Positions 13,316-26,637 of a stretch of 64,000 nucleotides of DNA are shown here, piece by piece; positions within the stretch are counted from its first letter, which is position 1; each line of letters starts with the position of its first letter. The translations under genes and the position numbers were made by a program. Source of the stretch: Eledone cirrhosa (Eukaryota); the NCBI GenBank assembly GCA_964016885.1, contig OZ024758.1, positions 7,378,001 to 7,442,000 on the forward strand. Reading direction: 5' to 3'. A model generated the notes under the pieces. It saw only the letters and a list, made by a program, of their open reading frames with translations. It made no database searches and was not told the DNA's origin.

Positions 13316-14128
13316 GCACGCACACTTGCGTGTGTATTGATATTTATAATTCATACTAAATACTTGTGTTTAATAGAGCACAATATCAAAGTTCTCGTTA
13401 AAAGAAAGCAATCATCAGCGGCAAAGCTTTTCTTTACAATTTGCCTTCTAATATTACATTCTGAAGTCGACGTAAGATATGTAATCCTATGATAATTGCC
13501 GGGGTTTTAAATAATATATTCTTATGATAGCTCTATATAGTTATAGAAATTCAAGATTTCAATGGCGTAATTCTCATTATTGTAATTTCTTATTTATATG
13601 TGATATATCTTATATAAATGATGACTACGGGAATGTGTTGTACAATGATTCTTTTTTTCCTTAATATTATGATTTCAACTTCAGACAAAACGAACACATT
13701 CAGCTATATTGGTCATAAATATATATATATCGCTCAAATAGCTTCGGGGTAGTTTATATTTCTTTGTAGTAAGTTATTAATTAGCAGGCTTAATTATATG
13801 CTTGTTCCTATTTCGTAACAAAAAAAAGCTTTAGATGTGTAATAAAATAAAAACAATCGTTTCTAGCCATATATAAGAGAAAAAAGGAAGTCTTGTCTGT
13901 TGATAACAGAAACGTAAGCATCAATAAAACCGTATAAAGTGTTATTAATAAGTAGTTTGTTGTAGTAGTTTATAAATGTTTTTTTTTTTAATTAAAAATT
14001 TCATTAAAAAGTTTATTTAAATATATCCAGCAATATTACAAATGCAGGGAATAAAGTACACAAAATACTTATATGGGAGAGTGTTTGTGTTTGTTTGTTT
14101 GTGCCTATGTATGTAGTACGTATATATC

Positions 14129-14168
<40 letters not shown>

Positions 14169-14170
<2 letters not shown>

Positions 14171-14362
14171 CGATGGAAATGTGGTAAGGAACCAGGTGGA
14201 CCATAACGCACCAAAGTACTCAATACTTAGGGTAGTAGAGTGGGTAATAGGAACGAGTAGGACCGCGACGGCTGAGCTCAAGCCGTTTCGACGGCTAATT
14301 CTGGACCTGAATTAGCCGTTGAAACGGCTTGAGCTCAGCCGTCGGGGTCCTACTCGTTCCTA
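14169..14362. mobile_element. P2 element with terminal fold-back palindrome, inside (TA)n
   Basis: Same ~140-bp sequence at 52569-52735 and 61674-61810; 14248-14362 is an inverted repeat. Confidence 0.8.
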
Positions 14363-14538
14363 TATATATATATATATCGGAAATATTTCCAAACATTTTG
14401 TGCCCATCTTTCCATAATTGACCATTAGTAAATGAAGAGGTGAGACATTGCTGTCCTCATTTAAGTATTTGCCATGATTATAGGCTCACCTCGGATCTTA
14501 TAAACATCTACCAACACTCCACCTATGCTTCTCAGACA

Positions 14539-14583
<45 letters not shown>

Positions 14584-14605
14584 GTGCGTGTGTGTATGTA
14601 TCCCT

Positions 14606-14726
14606 GTCAGTAAGGTACTCAATACATAGCAGGGTATAAATACTGTTTCATTCGAAGGAAATCATCAGGAGAGTCCATTTCTTGGGGATTGCCTTCGAAT
14701 GCAGCAGTTCTAGTCCTGTAGAAGCC

Positions 14727-14730
<4 letters not shown>
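14606..14730. mobile_element. Rearranged H1 element with hammerhead segments in both orientations
   Basis: TTTCATTCGAAGGAAATCATCAG (minus-strand core) followed by plus-strand CCTTCGAATGCAGCAGTTCTAGTCCTGTAGAAGCC. Confidence 0.7.
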
Positions 14731-14769
<39 letters not shown>

Positions 14770-14867
14770 GATATATATATATATACACAGATATATATAT
14801 ATGCACGTCCATACACATACATATTGTATGTATAAAGATATGTTGTATGTATATGTATGTACATATA

Positions 14868-14911
<44 letters not shown>

Positions 14912-15029
14912 ATTAGAAAGTGAACAAGGAGTTTTATTTTGTGGTGTTCACTTTCTAATTAAATAGCTCTGTTCTATACATAGAGCACTCTTTTTCCTTT
15001 GCTTTTTCTTCGGAATTACCTAACACACT

Positions 15030-15066
<37 letters not shown>

Positions 15067-15399
15067 GCGCGGTTGTGTTTGTGTATATGTAAACAAATGA
15101 ATACATATAAATATATATACATGCATGTGTATGTGTGCGTGTATACATGCGCCTGGGTGTGTCCATGTATGTGTAGACATGCGTGCTTGAATTTGAGATT
15201 GTGCATGATAAATATATAATGCTGGCTTAATTAGTAGATCAATCTATTTAAATCTAATCCTGATCTATAACCTCGGAGAAACTGAAATTGTTGTAAATTG
15301 TTAAAATATAAATGTTTAAAATATATAAAATCTTCGCCGTTATTAAGAAATATCGAGTCTTAAAGTTGGGGCTTCAACATAGGCATGTTAAAAATATTA

Positions 15400-15756
15400 T
15401 ACAAGAGTGGGCTGAAACGTTCATTGACTGACTGTGAAGGAGTGATGTTAGAGCTGTGAAATCTTGCACGCATTAATTTTAGCAACTTAGCAACTCCTCT
15501 TATTAATAAACTGCATTGTTTCTTTCCAAGAACTATGTTAAAAAATAAACCTCATTTGGTCATTCCATCAGAGTATCTTGGTCAGCCTATGAAGGAGTGA
15601 TGCTAGAGCTGTGAAATCTTGCATGCATTAATTTCAACTCTTCTTATTAATAACAGCATTGTTTCTTTTCAAAGACTATGTTGAAAAATAAACCTCATTT
15701 GGTCATCCCATGAGAGTATCTTGGTCAGTCTATGACCATTTCAGTCGAATCTCGTA
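15400..15756. mobile_element. M1 MITE with internal tandem duplication
   Basis: Two copies of the internal segment, joined at CTATGAA, between one pair of outer TIRs. Confidence 0.85.
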
Positions 15757-16510
15757 TTATTCTATACGAATCAGACATGCTTATTCATTCATCTGTACAG
15801 AAACGTTGCCTCCTTTTTTCATATTTACTAGTCAGACGAATTAACTATAAAACTACTATTAAGTGCTAAACCATACATTTATCTCCCCTCATTAAACAAT
15901 TACAATTACCTTGTAGAGTTAATCCGCTGCAAATCTTTATCTCCAATGACGATCATGGCTGAAATAGCTTGAGTATTTATTATTAACTGCGAGATTTTTT
16001 TTCCCAAACCCAAATGTTATTGAGCTTTACAATAACAAACAATAAATCATAAAAGTTATTGCTTTAATGGAAGACATCGAACGATGTAAATAAAGCATTT
16101 TCCAAAGAAGTTTGCGTTATCTTCCCCTCTTTGACGCTCTCTAGACAGTAGAGGTATAGTACTGGTAAGAAACTAAGAAAAGACTTTGGTGAATGAATAT
16201 TTCAGCAAGATAAACTACCATGGGTATACTTATTAAAATACAGATGTTAAAAAGAGCTATTAAAGTGTCGAGAAGCTTGAAGCTAATGTTTGTAAAGAAG
16301 ACAATATTTATTCCAAGTGAAATTATTCATGAGTCTATTCGGTTTTATGACATAACATTTTCGTATATATCGTCGCTATAGCCACAAGATAAACTCTTTG
16401 ACTTGACTATGTCTACGACTCAACTAAACTGTTAGTGTTTCTTAGATAGGCCAAATAAACAATTCTTGTAATAAATACTGATAATGGCTTTGTATTTTTC
16501 TCTAACAACT

Positions 16511-16693
16511 GTGTGTCTATATACATATGTGTGTGTGCGTATGTATGTATGTACGTATGTTTGTATGTATTCATATGTACGTGCGTACATATGAATGTAT
16601 GTATATATGTATGTATGTATGTATGTATGTACGTATGTATGTGTATATGTATGTACGTACGTATGTATGTATATATGTATGTATCTCTCTCTC

Positions 16694-16765
<72 letters not shown>
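16511..16765. repeat. (TATG)n/(TG)n microsatellite
   Basis: Direct inspection. Confidence 0.9.
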
Positions 16766-16767
<2 letters not shown>

Positions 16768-17189
16768 TACAGTCTTTGTCTTGAACGTTTTCATCCGTAT
16801 TTATTTGTTCATACCTAAGTCGTTAGTTAGTATTTTACTTTCTTTCAGAAGTCATTCTGTTCATGTTCAAAGAACTTCTCTTTTAGTTGAGATAGAAATA
16901 GGAAATAAAATGAAGCCGATGCCAAATGTATTTCACAGAGCTGTCAACTCCTATGTGATGTACACATATATAAAATAAGATAAATAAACCAGGAAGAAAT
17001 CCAACAGAGTTCAACAGATGCCTGATTTCAAGTCTATTCCAAACTCGACCTTTTATTCGAGGAATCGTTTCTATTACAGTTTAATATTAGTGTGAGAGCA
17101 ATTATACTATCAAGTAAACTACAGCTGCAACTTCTCTTTTCTTCTGTTCATATCCTGTGTCGCTAGTAATCTTACAACAATACTAAATA

Positions 17190-17760
17190 CTTACATAGTC
17201 AAACTGGTAGACAGTGGTACTAGATGGGATTCATAGATATAATTTTGAGTTGATGTTCTACCAAGTGAGGACTCATAACTCTTGTAGGTTACGTAGGTAC
17301 ATTCAGCGTTTCCCGTACATGTTCAACCTGGCCGGGTCTATCACTTCTACTTGGTCAAACTGCTAGACAGTGGTACTAGTTGGGGTTCATAGTTATAATG
17401 CTGAGTTCTTTTGTATGCATGCATGGCTCCGTAACTATTATGAAGTCGTATGGACGCCATATTAACATACAGCGTTTCGTAGATATTTTAAACTTGGCGA
17501 AGCCCATCACTTCTACATGGACAAACTGGTAGACAGTGGCAAGAGATGGGATTCATGGTTACAACCATGAGTTCTTGTTCTATCAAGATTAGTTTAACCT
17601 TTTCATCAATTGGCTAGTAAGTAGATATGACTTCGTAAATCTTGTGAAGTCGTAGGGACGCCGTAGTAACATATAGTATTTCGTAGACATTTTAAATCCA
17701 GCGGAACCTATCACTTCCCCATGTCTGAACACAACCAATTTCTTCCAGAGAAAGAGAGAG
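17190..17760. repeat. Diverged tandem repeat, three units of ~155-200 bp, partly derived from the SINE-B tail
   Basis: CAAACTGGTAGACAGTGG at about 17200, 17356 and 17522; segments match the tail at 42960-43090. Confidence 0.75.
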
Positions 17761-17926
17761 AGAGATATATAGTGATAAAGAGGAAGTAAGAAATATATAT
17801 AGACGAAGAATTGATGCCAATCCTGGACTATTGCGAAGACACACTCTCTTTCTCTCTTTATCTATCTATCTATCTATATATATTATAAGGAACTTGTTCT
17901 TTGTTTTTATTTCATTGTTTTTATTA

Positions 17927-17994
<68 letters not shown>

Positions 17995-18289
17995 CAAAGT
18001 TATAGATGTCATGTTTGAGATAATCTCAAACATGCGTCTTATAAGTGTGCTGTGCCTGTATTATAAGTGTGCTGAGACGTGTATTGATTTTACGATCAGG
18101 CTGTTCCATTGATCAAATGACAGGAACTACCTTCGTCGAAATAGACGGAGGTCCATTCTTTCTAAAAACAAAGAGCTTCTGTAGAATTTCCGTCAATCAA
18201 ATTCCACAATTTCACTGAGAAAGAATTGGTCAATCTGCGGTTGACATAGAAGTCTGTTGTAGAGAGGAGAGAGTGAATATGGCATATAG

Positions 18290-18406
18290 AGTAGAGAGGG
18301 GGGGATAGGGTGAGAGAGGGGGGTGAGGGGGGGGGGGGGCAGAGAGAGAAAGGGGGAAGACAGAGAGGGAGAGAAAGGGAGAGGAGACAGTGCGAGAGAG
18401 AGAGAG

Positions 18407-18491
<85 letters not shown>

Positions 18492-19230
18492 AAGAAGAAA
18501 GGAAGGAGGAGACAGTGAGAGAGCGAGAGAGGGTGGCAGAGAGAAAGGGGGGAAGAGAGAGAGAGAGAGATTGCCTGACTGCTACGTAATGTTGTTGATA
18601 AATAAGACTTGTCTGGAGTGAGCGGCGGTGGGGGTGGTGTCGGGTGGTGGAGAGATTGGAGTCGGGGGAGGTGTGGAGGGGAGGGGATGGTGTGGAAATA
18701 ACAATGACAAAAGCAACACAATGAAGTGGGGGTGAGAGTAAGAGGCTTGAAGGCAGCGGGAGGTGGAGTAATGGTGAAGTGTATTATATGTGTTGTAACA
18801 TCTTGACACTGTTTTAGACTGTGGTGTGAGTTGTAAGGTTTTACCAGGAGTTAGATAAACATGTGTGTATGTGTGTGAGTGTATGTATATGTGTGTGTGT
18901 ATAAGTGTATATGTGTGTATGTGTGTGTGTATGAGTGTATATGTATGTGTATGTATGTGTGTGTATGTATGTATGTATTATGTGTGTATGAGTGTATGAG
19001 TGTATGAGTGTGTGTGTGTGTGTGAGTGTATGCATGTGTGTGTGAATGTGCGTGCGTGTGTGTATGTATGTGTGTGTGTGTGTGTATGTGTGTTTTTGTG
19101 TGTCTGTGTGAGTATATGTGTATATATATGTGTGTGTGTGTGTGTGCGCATGTGTGTGTATATGTGTCTATATGTGTGTTTGTGCGTATGTGTGTGTGTG
19201 TGTATGTGTGTGTATGTGTGTGTATTGTAA
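18290..19230. repeat. GA-rich, (TG)n and G-rich low-complexity block
   Basis: Direct inspection. Confidence 0.85.
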
Positions 19231-19618
19231 GGTTTTTACCAGGACTTTATCTAAACATGAGTGTGTGTATGTGTGTGTCTACTGGTTAATGTGTTGATCG
19301 TTTATGAGGAGTGTGTGTATATATATATATAATATATATACATGTGTGCGTGTATTGATTTACTGATTTCAGTCATAAAGCAACCGCCATGCTGGAGCAC
19401 CGGCTTGTTTTAGAAGATCATATCGACCTCAGTACATATTTCATCGATCTCTTTTTTGTCAAACCGCTAAGTCATGTGGTATAAACACAGACAAAGACAC
19501 ACACATACAGCCACAACCAATTCCCTCCGACACACACAAACAAAGGTACATACATCAGGCTTATGCACTTGTCGTCTGCCATATACATATTTACATATAA
19601 TTGAGGCTAAATAGTCAG

Positions 19619-19668
19619 TCTTGTTACCATGGAGTTTCACCTGTTTATCACAGGGTCATCAGATAAGA
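19619..19668 (-). ncRNA. Minimal type I hammerhead ribozyme, family H2
   Basis: Minus strand UCUUAU CUGAUGA C-CCUGU-GAUAA-ACAGG-U GAA ACUCCAUGGU A ACAAGA; stem I pairs 5 of 6; loop III region contains the CCAUGG palindrome. Confidence 0.7.
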
Positions 19669-19771
19669 ACACACACACACTCACACACACTCACACATAC
19701 ACTCACTCACACACAGACACATACACACACTCACACACACACATACACACACACGCGCACATATATAATCA

Positions 19772-20097
19772 TTACGGTCTGAGTTCAAATCCTGCCGAGG
19801 TTAACTTTGCATTTCATCCTTACGGGGTCGATTAAATAAAGTACCAGTAATATACTGAGATAATTGCTGGCCTTGTGCCAAAAGTAGAAACAATTATTAT
19901 TATAGAAAGGGCGGTGGATTGGCAGTGTCGGTAGAGGGCCGGACGCCATGCTTTGACGCATAGAGTTACGGCCCTTGCCATTCTGAGTTCAAATCCCGCC
20001 GAGGTTAACTTTGCCTTTCATCCTTACGGGGTCGATAAAATAAAGTACCAGTAATGCACTGGGTAATTGCTGGCCTTGTGCCTAAAGTAGAAACAAT
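19772..20097 (+). mobile_element. Two tandem tRNA-derived SINE-A copies, short variant
   Basis: A-box-like TGGCAGTGTCGGT, B-box GAGTTCAAATCC, body TTTGCCTTTCATCCTTACGGGGTCGATAAAATAAAGTACCAG. Confidence 0.9.
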
Positions 20098-20389
20098 AGC
20101 ATTACATAATGTACACTACACTACAAGTGCTCTCTTGTCAATGGAGACGTGAAAGAAGGGGTGACTGAGATGATGTGTGAATGTGTGTGTATGTGTGCGT
20201 ATGTGTATGTGTGTGTGTTCCTGTGTGTGTGTATGTGTGTGTGCCTGTGTATATATGTAAGAGAAGGTGAGAGGGGCAGACAAAATAGAGTGAGAGTCAA
20301 TAGGAAAAGAAATAAAGATACGTTGAGAGTTGATATTGGCTGTTGTAATAGATTCACACGTATGGACACCAATGATAGAGAAACACGAT

Positions 20390-20825
20390 AAGACGTATAC
20401 ACTTATAGACAGTCATATACACACATACACATACACTCATAGACAGTCATATACACACATACACATACTCATACACATACACACATGCATACACATATAC
20501 ACAGAGGCACACACACACACACACATATGCATACACATATACACAGAGGCACACACACACACACACATATACACACATGCATACACACACACACAGCGGC
20601 ACACACACACCGGCACACATACACACACATAGGAACACACACACACATAGGGACACACACACACAGGGACACACACACACACACATACACACACACAGAG
20701 GCACACATGAGAGTAGTTACATAAACATTTAACGACATGCTATATACAGACAGATACAGACACAAACATATACACATACACGTGTACGCTACATATATGC
20801 ATACACACGCACACTATACAGACAT

Positions 20826-20865
<40 letters not shown>
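20390..20865. repeat. (CA)n-derived microsatellite
   Basis: Direct inspection. Confidence 0.9.
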
Positions 20866-20866
<1 letters not shown>

Positions 20867-21225
20867 TCATAGAGCCATCCATAAAGGTACATATATACAC
20901 AACTCGTATATACACAATTCGTATATACACATATATACACAACTCTATAGATAAAAGTAAGAATATATAAACTGGAACTTCCTTTTTTTTATCATTTTTG
21001 CATGACAGCATGCTATCTTTAAGATAGCGTGTTATCACTACTATATATGATAATGATAGGTCATCCGTCGTTTCCAGCGATGATCACATCTTTGTTTAAT
21101 CAACTTGGGTGTCTACTTGTTGAATTAACTTGTAATTAGCTGAGTATTTATCAGAAATCTGTATCTTTAATATGTTGAATCCTCGTGATAATGTACGACG
21201 AAGTTGGCCCTATGAATTATGGGTC

Positions 21226-21341
21226 TTAGTTCAAATCCCGTCGAGGTCAACTTTGCCTTTCAACCTTACGGGGTCGATAAAATAAAGTACCAGTAATGTA
21301 CTGGAATAATTGCTGGCCTTGTGCCAAAAGTAGAAACAATT
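21226..21341 (+). mobile_element. SINE-A, 5'-truncated
   Basis: B-box through GGCCTTGTGCCAAAAGTAGAAAC. Confidence 0.85.
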
Positions 21342-21704
21342 ATTTTTTTATTTTTTTTATTTAAATTGAGAACTTTTTTATTCATGCAAAATGTAGGCTA
21401 TTTACTGAAATAATAAAAAAAAAAAATGGGGGAAACAAAAAGAAAGAAAGAATAGAGAAATATAGAAAAAAAAAGGAGAGGAAGAAAGAAGAAAAAGAAC
21501 GGGAAGGGAATGGAATGGCAAGAGCTCTGGTCGCAGGAGAAAGGGGAGAGATGAGGGGGAGGGTGATTGGGCTTTGGGCCTAGGGAAAGGGGGCAGGACT
21601 GCTCTGCCCGCTGACAAGACGACAAAAGCATTTCCACGGACGATGGCCAGTGACACCCGCTGTAACAGCCACCCAGCCTGGCAGGGCTCCCTCCATAACT
21701 TCAA
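21342..21704 (-). mobile_element. 3' end of a CRE-like (restriction-like endonuclease) non-LTR retrotransposon
   Basis: Minus frame WLLQRVSLAIVRGNA resembles the QRxSIAIQRGNA C-terminus of CRE elements; followed by a pyrimidine-rich 3' region, AATAAA and an A-rich tail. Confidence 0.65.
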
Positions 21705-21900
21705 ATGCTAGATGAAATATACTTCGCTGCTTATAATAAATGTTATATGAACATACTTTAATGAAAAAGGTCAGGCTGATTGAATTTTGATGGAGTCCAT
21801 GTTGGGCGACGTGTTAGCAATGTGATATGTTAGCCACGAGAAGGCGTGACATAAGTAACAGTAGCAAATCGTGACACACAAAGAATACAGTGTTGCTGCA

Positions 21901-21931
<31 letters not shown>

Positions 21932-23622
21932 GAGAGAGAGAGGGGGAGGGGTTAATGACACAACAGTTTCGAGCTTATTGATTTTTGTAACTTCCTTACG
22001 TAAGGTTTGGATAAGTAATGTTTCCATGTCTCTAATATTTCCTTGCCTTGGTTTATATTTTTTAATGAATTCAATAACAAGTAACTATTTCTATTGCCAT
22101 AATTTCTATTGCCATAATATAGCAAGAATCATGAGAATAATCTAACTGGTACAATCATCATCTTCGGATTTAACATTCTACTACTTGCTCACAGAGAGAT
22201 GGAAGCGTTGACAGTGGGAGTTTGGCTCTTCCGTGTTTGAAACACATTGTGCCTTCATGTGGTTTTAATTTGTCTGATAAATTCACTATTTTCCCAAAGC
22301 ATCTCTTGGGTGTGTCTTATAGTGTGCAAGTGTGTTTCAGGAAACCTATTTCTAATATTAATTTGTTCATTTAAATCATCATTAAAAAATAATTATACTT
22401 ATTTCTAATTCACCTGTACATATATTTGTTACATACAAGTGTATATATAAAACATAAACGTATAGCTACATTATTAACATTAGTGTTCCTTTTGGAAAGG
22501 AACATTTGAAATTTACTTGTAACAAATGTCTTTTATGTAATAGCAATTCACCAAGGTAACAACATTATAATTTATTTTATTCTCAAGAAGAATTGAAACT
22601 TATTTCTGTTTCCATTTAATTCTGAGCTTAATTACTGATTCATCATTCCTTCTAAAATCAGAAAAAAAACTTAATAGCTTTAATCAGAAGACGGAACAGA
22701 AGCTGGTTACTGGTTACTGGTTACAGATGAGAACTTACGATTTATAATCTAAGAGGTTCTCTCACCATATATTCAGGTGTTGCAAGTCTCCTATTGTCTT
22801 ATGGTGGTCTTCTAATATCTGGCACCTGCCTCAATAAAAGATGACATTACGATAACAACTTACCAAATATAATAAACTTTTACAAAATCTTATATATAAA
22901 AAAATATTCAACTTTTATTCATTTCAAAGAATGGACAGTCACTGATGGCTGAGGTGATAGCTTCAGCATCTTCACGTACATCAAGTCGCAACCGACATCC
23001 TGCTTTTAGAAAAGTTTCTTCTCATACATATGCATATTAGTGATGCAATACATACACTACACAGTATTTCTCTCGTGCGCGTTCTAATCACATACCCAGA
23101 TACACACAAGCACGCAAACACACGCACAGACACACACACACACACAGGCGAGGCCACACACACACACATACACACACAGTCAGGCCACATACACACACAC
23201 AATCAGGCCACATACACAGATACACACAGTCATGCCATATACATACACACACACACAGACAAAAATATATTCAGTATTTTTTTGTCACTACACTAAACTT
23301 TGCACAAAATGTGTAATAGTAATAAATTTAACAGTCGACTAGTTCTGTATCTATTGAATACCAAAGTTGAGCTGTGTGGATATCTTTGTAACCAGGATTG
23401 AACCAACTCTCTTATCTCCCGTATTAAGTCTGGCGTGAATACTTATCAGTCTACTTTAAAGTAAGTCTATGACTATTCCATTTCTGTAAAATTTTACACA
23501 AACACACACACACACGCATATATATACATATATATAGATATAATATATATACAGACATACATACATATCTACACATACATAAATATAAACACATACATAA
23601 ATATATGTATATATATATATAA

Positions 23623-23666
<44 letters not shown>

Positions 23667-25193
23667 GCACATACACACACACACATACATACACGCACAC
23701 ACACATATATATATATATGACAGAACAGAACAGCGCACACATATATATATATATTATGCTGCAAGCAAGTAAGCACAAGAAAATATAAAATCTGCATGTT
23801 CCTATGCTAAGCAATGAATAAATTAATGATATTTCTCTTATTTCTTCCATGACAAGACACTTTTTGCTTTCATTTATATATATTCTATAGTTTAGTTTCG
23901 TTTATTCATGCGTTATTTTCATCGTTGCAGCTCATATTCTTTGCATTTTTCTCTTTTTATTCTTTCATATCTGTACGCCATTTTAATATTATTGTTATTA
24001 TTACTATTATTATTATTATTATTATTTTTATTTTTTTTTTTAATATTATTAGACTTGATATTTGTTTCGTGAAAAAGATATCAACGAAACGCCAAGAGTC
24101 TATCATTTTATGTTGTTATAGTCGGCTTCGATTTCATTGTCGCCAATGTATTATTTTTATAGTCACTTGGGAATTGAGAGTGGAAGAAGAGAGAGCTGTT
24201 ATGGATAGAGGAGATAACGTAGACACAAGTGAAATTTTCAGGCAGCTTGGCATACATCCATAGTTGTTTAAGCCTGGTATAGTATTGAACAATACGGACA
24301 AGTCCAATTTTGAGGAACTAATCTGTCTTTGTTACTCCTAATCGTTTAACCAAATAGGTGCTGTATATTCATGCAAGTGAACATCAGTATTCGAAGCAAG
24401 AGTGATGTGTTTATTAATTAGATGTATTGGCAATTAAATAATTAATGTCACTAGTTACAAATAAAAATGTTAGAAAAGAGTTAAGTGTGCGGTGGTGTGG
24501 ATGTGTGGAGGACATACAGAACGAAGAAAAACGAAAGAAAATAGATGATATATGATTACTATAGCTGAGATAATGGTTAGAATGTCTTATATTGAAACTG
24601 CATTAAATAAAAGACTCAAATGTCAATGGAAATATGACTAAGTAAAGCTGGTTACTACGAAAGCCATTCTAGTATACACGATCTGCTGAATATCATTGCA
24701 TTAATATGTAAGATGGTCAGTATTATTTACAAATTTGATATATTTCATCTGATATACTATCCTATTTCTATCATGAAAAATTTATGTATTTTATATTTAT
24801 TGGAAGCTTGACAACATAATATTGGCATCATGTAATGGTTAAATATTTCTGTTTTCGTATATTTCGTTTCGATTATATATTAAATCATTTACATGATACA
24901 GGATTTTTTTGTTGTTGTTTTGTTGCTGTGGCTATTTTTTTTTTTTTTTTTTTTTCTTATCACAATATATTGTACCATGTTGTATTTATTTTTCTTTCAC
25001 TGGTGAATTTATCTTTCATGCAAGTGTTGTTATAGACGAAAGCAATACCAATAGCTGTGATCTTAGTGAGCAGCTTACAAGAAAAGCCAAATTTCGAGCG
25101 AAAAATCTTCAGTTCCAGGCTGTGCTTAATCTACCTATTTCCAAAGTTGCTGAACGACCATTTTAAGGACACAGATATCGCAGAATCTAATTT

Positions 25194-25231
<38 letters not shown>

Positions 25232-25239
25232 TATATAAG

Positions 25240-25426
25240 TACGAAAGTAAGCTGGAACGTTCATAGGCTGTCTATGAAGGAGTGATATTAGAGCTGTGAA
25301 ATCTTGCATGTATTAATTTCAACTTTTCTTATTAATAACTGCATTTATTTCTTGAATAATAAATCTCATTTGATCATTCCATGAGAGTATCTTTGTCAGA
25401 CTATGAACTTTTCAAGGACCCTCGTA
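25240..25426. mobile_element. M1 MITE
   Basis: TACGA...CTCGTA termini and M1 internal sequence. Confidence 0.85.
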
Positions 25427-25714
25427 TTTATTATTTATATAAATACAAATATTAATATATACCAAAATTAAATCAAGGATGTCATGTCTGAGAAACATGT
25501 GCCATACCTTCCATAGAATAAGCTCAAAGATACAAAGGAGATTAATGATTAATATTTAAAGTTCTCATTAAATTTTAATTTGTTACCTACGTAACGTATG
25601 TGTGCTTACACTCTTTACAAATTATCCCCTGTGATTGTTTGATGTGTTTATTTTATATATATATATGTCAATCGATTTTGGATTTAATGCTATAAATACC
25701 AATATGAGTGCAAT

Positions 25715-25856
25715 GTCAACTAGGACAGACACTGGTCTGTTGGAGACGCAGGACATGGCAGCGATAATGAGGGACAGAGACCGCTGGAGAGAACTCGTCC
25801 ATGGATCTCGGGAATTTTACCCGCCTTAGATAGATAGATAGATAGATAGATAGATA
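25715..25856 (+). mobile_element. 3' end of an RTE-type LINE with (TAGA)n tail
   Basis: DTGLLETQDMAAIMRDRDRWRELV stop (DRxxWR motif) directly followed by TAGA repeats. Confidence 0.7.
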
Positions 25857-26400
25857 CCAATATGAATATTGAAAATATTATTCTACAGATTTGAAATGAT
25901 CTTTCAATATTTCGATGAACGGATGTACATGTAAAGGTTTCTTCTGAAAGACATGACATATTTATATAATTTTTGAATAATATAAATTGGTGGGCTGTGT
26001 TTTTTACATGGTGTAGTCGGCAATATCCAGCAAGATCCATGTGAGTCATAATAAATGCTGATAACATAGTGTTAATACCGTATATAGCTATATATACATA
26101 TATATAACACGTATACATAGATACATATATACTTACATACACACACACATACACACAGACACACAAACATATATATATATACTTATATAAATATATACAC
26201 ACACATATATATTTATATATACACACACATATATACACACACATATATATTTATATATATATATACATATAGATATATATAAAGACATATGTATAAATAT
26301 AGACACATATACATATATATATATACACACGCACACACGTATATATATATATACACACATATATATATATATATACATATACACACGCACACACACACAC

Positions 26401-26446
<46 letters not shown>

Positions 26447-26637
26447 GTTTTCTGTGTGTGTGTGTGGGTGTTTACAGCCTGAAAAGTTTAATATGCATAT
26501 GTAAGCAGGTTTTGTGTCTACTCCACCAACACTAAATGTTATTTCGACTGTTAGACAACATTTAACTACGATACATCAAAACACACATGAAACAGTGGCA
26601 CAATGAAAACCATGCCAGCTTCTATTCACATTCTATT

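Noticed and set aside
17430-17480. GAAAC-hairpin-GTC in the SINE-B tail as a type II hammerhead
   Set aside because: No stem I hairpin; the downstream motif is CTCAGGA or worse rather than CTGANGA
19909-19998. tRNA gene
   Set aside because: A/B boxes continue into the SINE body; no cloverleaf
24268-24340. Minus-strand WTCPYC zinc-finger-like exon
   Set aside because: Single CxxC, early stop, poor acceptor
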